Assembly: GCA_963850305.1 (NCBI GenBank)
Contig: CAWKKR010000001.1
Coordinates: forward strand, 128,001 to 192,000
Length of the DNA: 64,000 nucleotides
Direction of reading: 5' to 3'
Source of the DNA: an uncultured delta proteobacterium
GTDB taxonomy: Bacteria; Myxococcota_A; Polyangia; Polyangiales; Polyangiaceae
In this document: positions 1 through 10,267 of the stretch, one piece after another
How the letters are laid out: each line of letters opens with the position of its first letter
Position numbering within the stretch: the first letter of the stretch is position 1
Position numbers and translations under genes: made by a program
Notes under the pieces: generated by a model
What the model saw: only the letters and a program-made list of their open reading frames with translations
What the model was told of the DNA's origin: nothing
Databases searched by the model: none

Positions 1-1999
1 GTCGCGCAGAATCAGGCCGCGAGTCGCTCCATGCGGGGCCTTCGCTCTCGCATGCGAAATCCTGACGCGTCGCGGGCGAAGCGCCGATGCGCACGCGTGC
101 GGTGTAGCCTCCAGCCTCGAGCTTCGGCATCGGGATATCGAACGTCGAGCGGCTGGAAGCGGGCGGCGCGGCAAGCAGAATTCGCGTCTCTGCAGCGGAG
201 CCCAGGGGTTCGAGCCATGCCTCTACCGACCCATCCATGCCAGGCAAGCGCGTCACTCGCAGCGCACCCGACTCCCCCGCGATGCAATCTCGCGCGAGCT
301 CGATGCGTGCACTTTCGTATCGCGGATCGCGCATGAGCCAGCCGAGAAGACCGTCCCAGAGCGCGCCATAGGCACGCCCCGCGACTCTGGACGCAAACTC
401 ACTGAACGCGAGTTCGTGCGTGTCGTCGACCGCCAGGGCAATCGAACGCCCATCGCCGGCGTCGCCGAGCGCCAGCACCGGCATGGGCGCGTCCCCCGCG
501 CGGAGCCGTGGGTGATCCCAGAGCACGATGGACCCAGGGCGCGCAGGACCGAGCAGGTTCGCCCCGTGCATTACGGGAAGATCGTCACCGAGAAGCTCGC
601 GCAGCGCGTGCATGACCGGCGCAGCGCGCCCCGCATCCGTGTACGACGGGACGAACGGAGCCGAATCGTAGTCGTCCCCGGACACGACCTGCGCCACGGG
701 AAGCACGCCGTCGAGCGGCGTCCTCGCGTAATTGCCTCCGGCGAACGACGACGGCCCGCCGACCATGATCAGCCCTCCGCCCGCTCGTACGTAGCGGGCG
801 AGCCGCGGAAGGTACTGATCGAGCTTGTAACGAACGGCGTCGATGTCTTGAAGAATGACCGCGTCGAAGCTCGGGAGGTGGGTCGTGAAGAGCTCATCGA
901 CCGGAAAGTGGATCAGCGCGAGATCGCGATCGTCGGCATGGGGATCGTCCTCGCCCTTGAGTCCCTCCCGCAATATGAAGAACGCGACCACGTCGACCGC
1001 CTCGTCGCTCTTCAACCACCGCCGGAGTGCACGAACGTCGTAGGTGGGCCGACCGGCGAGATGAAGAAGCCGAACGCGATCGCGGGCGACGCTGAATGTC
1101 AGCAAGCGCGAGTCGTTCTCCGGCAAGGTGTCGCCGGAAGGCGGAGTGATCGCCACCTTCACGACGCGCGCACCGGCGCGATCGAGGGTGATCTCGAGCT
1201 CGACCCGGCCAACCCCATCCTCGATCTTCGCCTCGCCCGTCGCGAGCAACACGGGTTCGACCCCGCTCCCGAGCTCCGTCACCGTCACGGGAACGAGGCC
1301 ACACGAAAGCCCGCCCGCGCATCCAACCTCGACCGTAAGCGCGAGTGGCTGATGCGCGACCGCCGCACCCGCGGCGTGAACGGACCGGATCGAAGCATCC
1401 GCAGGCGCGCGACGCGCGACCTTGATCGCGTGGACCGGCACACCGAGATGATTGAACTCGATAGCATCGGGCCCCGGCGTCGACAGGCGACCGTCGCTGA
1501 TGACCACGACTGCCTGCGGACGCTCCGTCTCGCCCTCGCCGAGGCTGGTCATGGCGGCGCTCAGATCGCTCTCGACCGATAGCTCGGCGCTCGACGCAGG
1601 TTCATCGACGGACAGCGGCATCGCCGGACCGCGACCGAAACCAAAGATCGCCAGACGCGCATCCTTGAAGCGTCTTTCGAGCAAACGAACGGCTTCCAGC
1701 GCGCGGCTCCGCCGAGTTCCGCCGGCCTCCGGAATGAGCAACCGACGCGATTGGTCGACGAGTACGACCACGCGCGGCCCGACCCGCGTCCCTCGGACAG
1801 ACACGCGCACCGGACGGAGCACCGCCGCGGCGAACAGCAGGAGTCCCAGTGCGCCGGTCGACGCAACGAGTAGACGGCCGCGCTCGCGCGATCGAAGGTC
1901 CGCCAGCAGCAACGCGATCCAGGCGACGCCGACCACGGCCAGCACCGTGATCGCTAGGGGCCCGAGATCGTCGGAAAGCGCCCATGAGGCGCTCCTCAT
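1..1999 (-). CDS. Membrane-anchored vWA-like / GATase1-like domain protein (3' end runs off window)
   Basis: Absent from the ORF track because it has no stop in the window. Read manually from ATG 1999 (overlaps DUF4159 stop): MRSASWALSDDLGPLAITVLAVVG.., VVVLVDQSRR, AVVVISDG, LLHLAGRPTYDVRALRRWLKSD; frame open to position 1. ORF 416..1582+ is its antisense shadow. Confidence 0.75.
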   Translation of the reverse strand, partial: MRSASWALSDDLGPLAITVLAVVGVAWIALLLADLRSRERGRLLVASTGALGLLLFAAAVLRPVRVSVRGTRVGPRVVVLVDQSRRLLIPEAGGTRRSRALEAVRLLERRFKDARLAIFGFGRGPAMPLSVDEPASSAELSVESDLSAAMTSLGEGETERPQAVVVISDGRLSTPGPDAIEFNHLGVPVHAIKVARRAPADASIRSVHAAGAAVAHQPLALTVEVGCAGGLSCGLVPVTVTELGSGVEPVLLATGEAKIEDGVGRVELEITLDRAGARVVKVAITPPSGDTLPENDSRLLTFSVARDRVRLLHLAGRPTYDVRALRRWLKSDEAVDVVAFFILREGLKGEDDPHADDRDLALIHFPVDELFTTHLPSFDAVILQDIDAVRYKLDQYLPRLARYVRAGGGLIMVGGPSSFAGGNYARTPLDGVLPVAQVVSGDDYDSAPFVPSYTDAGRAAPVMHALRELLGDDLPVMHGANLLGPARPGSIVLWDHPRLRAGDAPMPVLALGDAGDGRSIALAVDDTHELAFSEFASRVAGRAYGALWDGLLGWLMRDPRYESARIELARDCIAGESGALRVTRLPGMDGSVEAWLEPLGSAAETRILLAAPPASSRSTFDIPMPKLEAGGYTARVRIGASPATRQDFACESEGPAWSDSRPDSAR

Positions 2000-2799
2000 G
2001 GCACCCGCCCGCGGCGCTGCATCAACTCCCGCGCATGCACCTGGTCGTCCTTGTAGTCCGAACAGAGCACGTACATCGCCAGGTTCACCGCGAAACGCAC
2101 CGCGTACTCGCGTTGCTCAGCGCCGTCGGGCTCGCACGGGAATCTCCATGTCCCTTCGGGGGACCGGGCAAGCGCGCCGAGCAGGTCCTGCTCCAGAAAC
2201 AACACCTGTGCATCCCGCCCACGCACGATCGCCTCCACGTACGGGGGTCCTTGGACGCGCCCGAAGGGTCTATCGAGGAGATAATACGACTTGTAGATCA
2301 CGTGCTCTTCGGCAATGTCGGCGTCTGCATGCGCGATGAGCTTCACCAGCGGTGACTCCGGTAGCGCTCGAAGCACCTCTCGCCTCGCGGCCCTGCCGAA
2401 CACGCCGGTTTCGGGTGCGGAATCGTCGACGACGAGCAGCCCCCCGAGCTCGATGAAACGACGAAGCCCTTCGACCTCCTGGGTCGACAGGGGCGCAATA
2501 TCCGTTTCTCCAGGCCAGACCAGGAACGGTTCTGCGAGCAGTTTGGGATCGTCCGCTGCGACCTCGCCGGGTACCAGGCGCGCAGGAGCGCTCGTGCGGC
2601 GAACGAGCTCCCACGACCAGCGCCCAGGTGCCGTGTCGCGCGGTCCGGTCCACCGCGCTCCGCCAGTCGTGAGTATCCGTGGATTGAACGCGCCTTCTTG
2701 GCCAAACGCGAACGCCGGTAGGGGCGCGACCATTGCGCCGAGGGCGATGGCCAGGAGCTCGCGCCGTCGGACCCTCAATCGAAATCGTGAATGGTCCAA
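1996..2799 (-). CDS. DUF4159 domain protein
   Basis: LRRFIELGGLLVVDD, YYLLDRPFGR, RFAVNLAMYVLCSDYKDDQVH motifs; Tat-like RRRELLA leader; start uncertain. Confidence 0.8.
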   Translation of the reverse strand: MDHSRFRLRVRRRELLAIALGAMVAPLPAFAFGQEGAFNPRILTTGGARWTGPRDTAPGRWSWELVRRTSAPARLVPGEVAADDPKLLAEPFLVWPGETDIAPLSTQEVEGLRRFIELGGLLVVDDSAPETGVFGRAARREVLRALPESPLVKLIAHADADIAEEHVIYKSYYLLDRPFGRVQGPPYVEAIVRGRDAQVLFLEQDLLGALARSPEGTWRFPCEPDGAEQREYAVRFAVNLAMYVLCSDYKDDQVHARELMQRRGRVP

Positions 2800-3401
2800 A
2801 CGCCGGCCTCTCTCCTCAGCGTGACTTTGTGTCCACCGGGCACGTTGACCTCGGCCGTCTCGCCGTGGACTTTGACTTCCAGTGAATCGGGGTGGTCGAG
2901 CCCGACGACGATGGACCGCATGTCCGCCTCCAGCGCGTTCCGCGTGTCGGCAGACAAGACCCGCACCAGTGCAGGGTAATCTCTCCCGGCAAGCGCGATT
3001 CGAAGCTCGCCGAGCGCATCCGCTGGGGTCCGCGCACCGGCTGGCAACCCTGACGCGGCGGAGATTCGATAGTGACCATCTTCGAGCACGAGCGTGGCGC
3101 GCTCCCCGTCCACGTAGGGCACCTCGGCGACGGCATGGACCACGGCGTGCGCGGTTTCCCTGGCCTCATGCGCAATCTCGTCGCGTGCCTCGGCGAGGAG
3201 CCGCCGCGTCCCTTCCACCCCGTAGTCGCGCCGGGTGTCTGCGGTCATGAGCGCGTTCATCGCGGCCGCATCGCCCCTTTCGGCGGCCGCGGCGAATGCG
3301 GCCACCGTCGATTTCGGGTCCGGGAGGGGCCGCGACGCGCAAGCCACGGTCGCGGAGAGAAAGGGCGCGGCCGCGAGCACGAGCATGATTCTTCGAACCA
3401 C
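2775..3401 (-). CDS. Hypothetical lipoprotein
   Basis: Signal with lipobox-like TVAC; two NTF2-like segments ending YRIS / WTIHDFD; in operon with DUF4159. Confidence 0.65.
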   Translation of the reverse strand: MVRRIMLVLAAAPFLSATVACASRPLPDPKSTVAAFAAAAERGDAAAMNALMTADTRRDYGVEGTRRLLAEARDEIAHEARETAHAVVHAVAEVPYVDGERATLVLEDGHYRISAASGLPAGARTPADALGELRIALAGRDYPALVRVLSADTRNALEADMRSIVVGLDHPDSLEVKVHGETAEVNVPGGHKVTLRREAGVWTIHDFD

Positions 3402-3433
3402 TCTGCCCCGAGAGCTAGCGAAAGCCGCTGCAG

Positions 3434-3991
3434 TTGGCTACCCTTGTCGACCGGATGATTCGAAATCGGTCGGAGGCTACCGCAGAGCGCTCGAGGAACG
3501 GCCCGTGGTTTCTCGTCTGCATCTGCCTGTCCGCCGCGCTCGCGTGTGGCGGGCCGCCTCCCCGCGCACCCAACCCTACGCAGCCGGTCGATGAGCGGAG
3601 GGCCGTCGAAATCATCCTGAATGCGTTCCGCGACGAACACGATCGTGGCGTCCTGGGCCGGACCGTCCAGCTCCCCGGCGGAAAAACCCTCGACGTGGAC
3701 GTCACAGCCGCCGGCAAGAAGTATGGCGTCGCCTACGTCACCGCCAACGAGCGACGGGCCCTCGGCGTCGCGCTGCCGATGCCGGAGCCGGGAATGGAAG
3801 ACGCGCTCCATCTCGTGCGGGGCACGGGTGACGACGCGGATGCGAGGATCCTGGTGCTCCAGGACACGAACTACCTCTACGACGACCAGGTCGGCGAGGA
3901 ACATGAAGCGACGGACGTGACGGCAGAGAACAAACTGGAACGCGACGTCCGTGATTTCGTCGTCCGGGCCCACGCCGAGAAATGGCCGTAG
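3434..3991 (+). CDS. Hypothetical lipoprotein
   Basis: Hydrophobic stretch with ALAC lipobox, Pro linker, globular domain; start may be ATG 3455. Confidence 0.65.
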   Translation: MATLVDRMIRNRSEATAERSRNGPWFLVCICLSAALACGGPPPRAPNPTQPVDERRAVEIILNAFRDEHDRGVLGRTVQLPGGKTLDVDVTAAGKKYGVAYVTANERRALGVALPMPEPGMEDALHLVRGTGDDADARILVLQDTNYLYDDQVGEEHEATDVTAENKLERDVRDFVVRAHAEKWP

Positions 3992-4014
3992 CCGCGCGCG
4001 GCGCATCGAACGCC

Positions 4015-4182
4015 ATGGCCGACGAGATCCGGCGAAGGATCGCGATCTCCGCGACCGTCACGGTCGTCGGGATTGCCCTCAGCACCGCATCGGAATCCGT
4101 CGTGGGCGGGCTCGTGACCGTTTGCGGCGTCGTCGCGCTGATCTGGAACGTGCACCGCCTGGGGCGTGCCGGTCCGGGTTGA
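4015..4182 (+). CDS. Small two-TM membrane protein
   Basis: MADEIRRRIAISATVTVVGIAL..VGGLVTVCGVVALIW; follows the lipoprotein gene. Confidence 0.55.
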   Translation: MADEIRRRIAISATVTVVGIALSTASESVVGGLVTVCGVVALIWNVHRLGRAGPG

Positions 4183-4183
4183 G

Positions 4184-5045
4184 TCACGTCTCGCTGCGCA
4201 GCACCGCGACGCCGACGTCCGCGCCGAGCAGCGGCGTTCGCTGCACGGCGACCCCGTAGTCACGCCCGGTGATGCCGAGCCGTGCCGTGAACGTGCCCGT
4301 GCCTTTCGCCTTTGGCAGGGGATCGAGCCCCGCGATCGTCGTGGCATCGACTTCCGGCGTGACGGGGGCGCCGTAAACGGCCTTCCCCACGATCATGAAC
4401 ACGTACACGAGAGGTTCGTGCGGATTCGATTCCTTCGCGAGCTCCGCTCGCACCTTGCTGCGAAGCGCGAACTCGAGGTGATAGGCGTACGACGCCCACG
4501 ACCATCCGGTCACGTAGAGACCTCGCGTCGTGCCGTCGACCCGGACTGGCGCGGCGGCGACCCATTGCCCATCCGGACGCGGCGCGCGCACGCCCGACGC
4601 TTCGGGCATCGAACCGGTCGTCTCGACGTAGTGATCCTTTGCCTCCGCAAGCGCCGGGAAGGGCCCGAACAGATTCTTGCCCGCCATCTGATCCTGTTCC
4701 TGGTCGTTTCGCAGGACGGTCCCGTTGACGTCGGCGAGAGCGAAGAACGTGCTCTTCGCGATGCGCAGGTCCTGCACCTTGCCGCGGGTCGCATCGAGTT
4801 CGTAGTGCACCACCTTCAGGTCCGAGCCCAGCCCCGGCAGCGCCTTCCATTTCGGCGCCGAGCACGTCGGCTCCCTGCGGCAAGCCAGTTCTCACCTCCT
4901 GCACATCCTCCTCGATTGTCTTCGAGAGAAACGCGACGTGCAATTCAGCCTGCTCCAGGCTGACCTTCACGCTGTCCTTGCAACCCGCCTGGCTCAAACC
5001 GGAAAGAACGATGAGCGCAACCTGCGCCGTCCAACTTCGACACAT
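4184..5045 (-). CDS. Lipoprotein with Cache-like periplasmic region, split by +1 frameshift
   Basis: N-part (QAGC lipobox..GADVLGAE) joins WKALPGLGSDLKVVHYELDATRG.. if one base is removed at TTT 4850-4852. Confidence 0.65.
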
Positions 5046-5062
5046 GCCCCCACATTAGTACC

Positions 5063-6040
5063 GTGATGGGCGTGCGGCGGACGGAAAGGAGTGAGAAAAG
5101 TCGAATGGCCGCGTTCGCTCGTTGCCGCAGGAATCGGTCAGGTGCTAACTTCGACGATTGCGGTGTACGGGATCCGGGGCGCCGGTGTGCCGCGGAGCAA
5201 GGAACTTTGGCAGGAACGGACGACACGCGGTCCAATCGCCTCTCGGACATCCCTCCGGGCCATCCGAACGTGAGCGTCCCGCTTCGGGCCGTCACTGAAC
5301 TGGTCGCTCCGGAAGATCTGAGCGTCGTGTTCCAGCCGATCATCCACATGGATGACGGGCGTCTTTTTGCGTACGAGGCCCTGGTCCGATGTCGGGTGCC
5401 GGCTTACGCCTATCCTCCGAACCTCTTCATCCGCGCCTCGGAGCTCGGCGTTGCAGGCGAGCTCGGACGCATGATCCGGGAAATCGCCGTTCCCTTGTCC
5501 AGCGGGAAGCCCCTGTTCCTAAACGTCCACCCGGACGAGCTCAACACCGGCTGGCTCGTGCGTCCGGACGATCCCATCTTCGCCCACGATCACGAAGTTT
5601 ACCTCGAGATCACGGAATCGGTGCCGCTCACGCATTTCGACCTGTGCCGGAGCGTGCTCCGTGAGGTCCGTGCCCGCGGCGGTGTCCACCTCGTCGTGGA
5701 CGATCTCGGTGCTGGCTACTCGAATCTGAAGCGCATCGCCGATCTCGAGCCCAAGGTGGTGAAGCTCGATCGCGAGCTCATCATCGATCTGCACTTGAGC
5801 CCGCGGCAGTGCCAGCTCGTCGCGGGAGTCGTGAAGCTGTGCGTCGATCTCGGCGCGGTCGTCGTGGCAGAAGGCATCGAGTGCGCCGACGAATATGCGG
5901 CGCTCCGGGACACCGGTACGCACTACGCGCAAGGCTTCCTGTTCGCGCGTCCGAGCTACCCCATGCCCGATATCACGTGGCCGCCGCCGTCGCCGACGGT
6001 TCCGCCGAGCGGCGTGCCGCCGACGGTCAGGTGGCCTTAG
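5063..6040 (+). CDS. Stand-alone EAL domain c-di-GMP phosphodiesterase
   Basis: FQPII, YEALVR, FLNV, EITES, DDLGAGYSNL, VKLDR, AEGIE, QGFLF; true start probably downstream (e.g. GTG 5270). Confidence 0.9.
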   Translation: MMGVRRTERSEKSRMAAFARCRRNRSGANFDDCGVRDPGRRCAAEQGTLAGTDDTRSNRLSDIPPGHPNVSVPLRAVTELVAPEDLSVVFQPIIHMDDGRLFAYEALVRCRVPAYAYPPNLFIRASELGVAGELGRMIREIAVPLSSGKPLFLNVHPDELNTGWLVRPDDPIFAHDHEVYLEITESVPLTHFDLCRSVLREVRARGGVHLVVDDLGAGYSNLKRIADLEPKVVKLDRELIIDLHLSPRQCQLVAGVVKLCVDLGAVVVAEGIECADEYAALRDTGTHYAQGFLFARPSYPMPDITWPPPSPTVPPSGVPPTVRWP

Positions 6041-6677
6041 CGCCCGTCACCACGGCTCGAACGGCCGCGGAGTGGCCGTCGACCTTCACGTTGCGCCAGA
6101 TTTTGCGGATCTTGCCGTCGGCACCCACGAAGAACGTCGACCGCTGAATGCCCATGTACTCGCGGCCATAGTTCTGCTTCTTGACCCACACGCCGTACGC
6201 GTTCGCGAGGACCTTGTCGGCGTCGGAGAGCAACGGAAAGTTCAGCCCGTACTTGCCCACGAACTTTGCGTGGCTCTCGGGCTTGTCGGGGCTCACGCCG
6301 ATGACGTTCACCCCCTGGAACTCGCCGAGCTGGTCTCTGAACGCACACGCTTCACGCGTGCAGCCCGGCGTATCGTCCTTCGGATAGAAGTAGAGCACGT
6401 ACTCGCGGCCCCGGAACGACTCCGACGACACGACCTTCCCCGTCTGATCCGGGAGAGCGAATGCCGGCGCCGCGGCACCGACGGCCAGTTCGCCCTTCGC
6501 GGTTCTGGCCGTTCCGCCCGGGCTCTTCTCGATCTTGGTTTTTGCTGGCGCGGATTTGGCGCGTGCATTCGCCTTCGGCGACGGTTTCACGACCTTGCCT
6601 TTCTTCGCGGCAGTCGGGGACTTCTTGCCGGTGGGGCTCTTCTTCTTCCCGGCACCGCTAGCTCGCTTGCTGGCCAT
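6027..6677 (-). CDS. bcp: BCP/PrxQ peroxiredoxin with Lys-rich N-terminal extension
   Basis: YFYPKDDTPGCTREAC active site; VIGVSPD; RSTF; ATG 6677. Confidence 0.92.
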   Translation of the reverse strand: MASKRASGAGKKKSPTGKKSPTAAKKGKVVKPSPKANARAKSAPAKTKIEKSPGGTARTAKGELAVGAAAPAFALPDQTGKVVSSESFRGREYVLYFYPKDDTPGCTREACAFRDQLGEFQGVNVIGVSPDKPESHAKFVGKYGLNFPLLSDADKVLANAYGVWVKKQNYGREYMGIQRSTFFVGADGKIRKIWRNVKVDGHSAAVRAVVTGAKAT

Positions 6678-7545
6678 CTTGCATTCCTTCCGCGCGGACG
6701 CCGAGGGTCGAGAGAAACGACCTCCACAGTCCGCGCACGCTAGTGAATCGCCGATCGCGATCGACGGCAAGGGCCTGTCCGAGCCACCCGTCGATCGACG
6801 GCGGTAACTCGGCGCGCAGCGCGTGAAGGCTCGGTCGCTCGCCGGCCTTTGCCGCGTGCATCTTCTCCTTCAGCGTGGTCACCGGAAACGGAACCTGTCC
6901 CGCCAGAGCTCGATAGATGATCGCGGCCATCGAGTACACGTCCACCCGGAGATCGAGCGAGCGAGGGTTCCCCTCCCACACCTCCGGCGCGATGTAGCTC
7001 GGCGAGCCGATGACGAAGCCGTCGCGAGTGATGGGCGGGGTCGATGCCGACCTCGCGAGCCCGAAATCGAGCAGCCGGACCCCGCCGGGTCCGCCACGTC
7101 CGAGCACGAACAGATTCCCAGGCTTGAGATCGCGATGCACGATCCCGAGGTGGTGAGCCCGCTCGAGCGTGTTCACGATCGGGTCGACGATCTCGACGAG
7201 CGTCGGTACTTCCAGGCGCCGCCCCTGCGTCTCGAGATCCTCCAGGTACTCGTCGAAATCCTGCCCGTGAAGGTATTCCATCACGAGGCACAGCGCGCCG
7301 TCTTCGCGACACAGCTCGAACACCCGAGGCGCCGCGGTCCCCGAAAGTGCAACCAGAGAGTCGTACTCGCGCTCTAGACGCACCTCCAGTTCTCGTCGGT
7401 ACGGTACTCCGTCATGCAGGACCTTCACCGCGAACTCCCCTTCCCCCGCCCGCTCCACCGCTCGGTAGATGAGGCTGTGTCCTCCGCGACCGATGACTCC
7501 CATCAGTCGGTACCGCCCCGCCAGGACTCGGCCGACGAACGACAA
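6658..7545 (-). CDS. Hanks-type Ser/Thr protein kinase (kinase domain only)
   Basis: GRGGHS loop, AVK, HRDLKPGN, DFG, GSPSYIAPE, DVYS. Confidence 0.92.
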   Translation of the reverse strand: MSFVGRVLAGRYRLMGVIGRGGHSLIYRAVERAGEGEFAVKVLHDGVPYRRELEVRLEREYDSLVALSGTAAPRVFELCREDGALCLVMEYLHGQDFDEYLEDLETQGRRLEVPTLVEIVDPIVNTLERAHHLGIVHRDLKPGNLFVLGRGGPGGVRLLDFGLARSASTPPITRDGFVIGSPSYIAPEVWEGNPRSLDLRVDVYSMAAIIYRALAGQVPFPVTTLKEKMHAAKAGERPSLHALRAELPPSIDGWLGQALAVDRDRRFTSVRGLWRSFLSTLGVRAEGMQDGQQAS

Positions 7546-7644
7546 AGTTCCCGTTCACTACCATTCTTCCGCGCGGACCGCTTGACGGTCGGCGACCGGT
7601 TCCCTAGTCCATCGGTCGACCGCTGGGTTCGCGAAAGGAGGGCC

Positions 7645-8670
7645 ATGGAATATCGGCATTTGGGCTCCGCTGGGGTCAAGGTCTCGGCCTTGTGTCTCGG
7701 GACCATGACGTTCGGCGAGGCCGACAAGAACTCGTTCATGCACGAGGTCGGGTGCGACGAGAGGACGTCGTTCGCCATCATGAACCGCGCGCTCGACGCA
7801 GGGATCAACTTCTTTGACACGGCCGACGTCTACGGCCAGGACGGCCTCAGCGAGCGTGTGATCGGCAATTTCTTCGAGACGGGGAAGAGACGAAACGAGG
7901 TCGTTCTCGCCACCAAGTTCCGTTTCGTGATGGGCACGGGCCCGAACCGGTCGGGAGCCTCGCGCTACCGCATCATGAAGACGGCGGAGGACAGCCTCCG
8001 CCGTCTCAAGACCGACCGGATCGATCTTTATCAGATCCACATGCAGGATCTCGAGACCCCGGAAGAGGAGACGCTTCGCGCGCTCGACGATCTCGTGCGT
8101 CACGGGAAGGTCCTCTACATCGGCGCGAGTAATTACGCCGCATACCGGCTTACGGAGAGCCGGTTCATCAGCGAGATGCGCTCCCTCGAACGATTCGTGA
8201 CCCTGCAGGCGCAGTACAGCCTCGTCGTCCGCGATCTCGAGCGCGAAGGGATCCCGGCGTGCTCGCGTTTCGGAATAGGGGTTCTGCCGTGGTCGCCGCT
8301 CGCCGCTGGCTTCCTTTCCGGCAAATACCGGCGCTCCGAACCACCGCCCCCGGGTGCGCGCCTCGACAAGTGGAAGGACCGCCTCGCGTCGTACGACAAC
8401 GAACGCAACTGGCGCATTCTCGACGCCGTGTCCGAGGTCGCCGCGGAAAAGAACGTCACGGCTTCTCAGGTCTCGCTGGCGTGGCTACTCCGCAGGCCCG
8501 CGGTGTCGTCCGTCATCTTCGGCGCGCGGTCCGTCGAGCAGCTGGAAGACAACCTGAAAGCCGCCGAACTGTCGCTCAGTGACGTGCAGATGGCGGCACT
8601 CGAGACGGCGTCCGCGTTCGACGTCGGATACCCGTACGAGTTCCAGCGGCGCGTACAGGGCAGATGGTAA
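7645..8670 (+). CDS. Aldo/keto reductase
   Basis: AAGGAGG RBS; LCLGTMTFG, FDTADVY, LATK, DLYQIH, IGASN, PWSPLAAG. Confidence 0.93.
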   Translation: MEYRHLGSAGVKVSALCLGTMTFGEADKNSFMHEVGCDERTSFAIMNRALDAGINFFDTADVYGQDGLSERVIGNFFETGKRRNEVVLATKFRFVMGTGPNRSGASRYRIMKTAEDSLRRLKTDRIDLYQIHMQDLETPEEETLRALDDLVRHGKVLYIGASNYAAYRLTESRFISEMRSLERFVTLQAQYSLVVRDLEREGIPACSRFGIGVLPWSPLAAGFLSGKYRRSEPPPPGARLDKWKDRLASYDNERNWRILDAVSEVAAEKNVTASQVSLAWLLRRPAVSSVIFGARSVEQLEDNLKAAELSLSDVQMAALETASAFDVGYPYEFQRRVQGRW

Positions 8671-8676
8671 CGGACG

Positions 8677-9606
8677 TCAATCCACGTCGATGACGCGCAG
8701 GCTCGTCATCACGAGGGCCGCATCCCCGGGGAACCTCCCCCAGAGACTGACCTCGTAGCGGCCCGCGCGCCCCCGATCCGACAGCGGCACCTCGACGGCG
8801 AAGTGGTCCCCGTTCACGCGGACGGGCTTCGGCGTCTGAAAGCCCGCGGGGAAATAGAGGACGTAGGGTGACGGCGTGGCGTATACGGACGTCGAATTCA
8901 GATACGTGACGGTCAGCGGGCGAGCGGCATCGATCCGCGCAATGCCGACTCCGCCGAACTTCACCGGCGCATGCACGTCACCCTCCACGTTCACGGTGTC
9001 GCCGACGCGAGCGTGGGTCGGCACGGGCTCGTAGCGCCCGTACTCGTCGACGAACTCCTGCGACATGCACGGCTGCGGCACGCCCATCGGAACGGAGAGC
9101 CCGACCCCGAAATGCGTGTGCCACTTGCTCAGGATGTTCTTCCTGTGGCCGTCGTTCGGCGGCACCTCGGCCATGAATGCCGCCTCGATCTTCGCGAGCT
9201 CGATCGTCGAGAACTCCGGCGCGCCGTCCAGCTGCCGCGAGACGCCGTCGAAGAAACAGGCCGCGTTCTCCTGCGAGAGATGCACGCCCCCCGCCTCCGA
9301 GTAGCGCTGTTCCGGCACGGAACCGTCGGTGCCGAGGTGCGCGGTGTACCCGTGCTGCGCCATGTCGTCCGCGTGCCGCTGACCGGCGCGAGCAGCCACG
9401 TCGTCCCACTCCACGGGCGGCAAGCCCGCTTCCGCGCGATCGTGATTGACGAGCCCGAGGACGTAGCGCGCAGCCTGAACGCGATCGAGCGGGCCCGTCC
9501 CCCCGAGGTGGCCCGTCCTCGGCGCGGGATCGCACCCCATGACGCACAGCGCGCCGAACGCGCCGACGCTCACCACACGAGCAAGCTTCCCGGTCGAGGC
9601 GTTCAC
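8677..9606 (-). CDS. CAP (SCP-like) domain lipoprotein
   Basis: GTG 9606 after GGGA; VMGC lipobox; LVNHDR..GL, HADDM, ENAA, GHRKNIL, HFGVG. Confidence 0.85.
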   Translation of the reverse strand: MNASTGKLARVVSVGAFGALCVMGCDPAPRTGHLGGTGPLDRVQAARYVLGLVNHDRAEAGLPPVEWDDVAARAGQRHADDMAQHGYTAHLGTDGSVPEQRYSEAGGVHLSQENAACFFDGVSRQLDGAPEFSTIELAKIEAAFMAEVPPNDGHRKNILSKWHTHFGVGLSVPMGVPQPCMSQEFVDEYGRYEPVPTHARVGDTVNVEGDVHAPVKFGGVGIARIDAARPLTVTYLNSTSVYATPSPYVLYFPAGFQTPKPVRVNGDHFAVEVPLSDRGRAGRYEVSLWGRFPGDAALVMTSLRVIDVD

Positions 9607-9738
9607 GGTTCCCTTTATAATCGAGAGAGACCGAGTCCCCGCCCTGCTTTCGGCCGATCGGGCCTTGTGCCCCAACGCGGCTGAGCTAGATTCGCCGCCC
9701 GAACGGTCGTCCTTCGAGTCGAGGAAACGTGAACGTCC

Positions 9739-10203
9739 ATGCTTGACCTGCCCGAACCCGGCCTCTACCGCACCACTGAGCCATATCCCGGACGCGAAGC
9801 AGATTTCCCCGTGGGCTGCCTCGTCTATGTCGGACAACCGACGAACGGCGGCGTGAAGTTCGTCGTCCGCCCGGGCCAGAACCGGAACAACCGCTGGTTC
9901 TGGGGCGAGCCCACCACACCTCTCCGCTCTCCGACCTGGGCGCGCACGCTGAAACCCTTGCGCTCCGAGGGCTTCTACACGCTGCCGCACGATCTGGAGT
10001 TCGAGAGCGGCGGGAAGTGGCTCAAGAACGCCATCGTTCAGCTCGGGTACAACGGCGACGGTCGCGCGATCCTCTTCGTCGGAGAGCAGCGAGAGGCTGA
10101 AGGCACGAACGCGCTCTACTTCAGCGACCGCGGCATGATGATCGACGACGGCCTCATCGACAGATTGATCTGGGCGCCGATTCTGCCGGTACCGGCGAAA
10201 TAG
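9739..10203 (+). CDS. Hypothetical protein (two GxY beta-rich half-repeats)
   Basis: GAGG RBS, GC3-rich codons; PGLYRT..VYVG and EGFYTL..VQLGY halves. Confidence 0.7.
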   Translation: MLDLPEPGLYRTTEPYPGREADFPVGCLVYVGQPTNGGVKFVVRPGQNRNNRWFWGEPTTPLRSPTWARTLKPLRSEGFYTLPHDLEFESGGKWLKNAIVQLGYNGDGRAILFVGEQREAEGTNALYFSDRGMMIDDGLIDRLIWAPILPVPAK

Positions 10204-10267
10204 CTCGTCACGGGGGTACACCGCCGCGCCCTCGGGGCTGCCCCGCGGATCGCCCGACGCAGACGAA

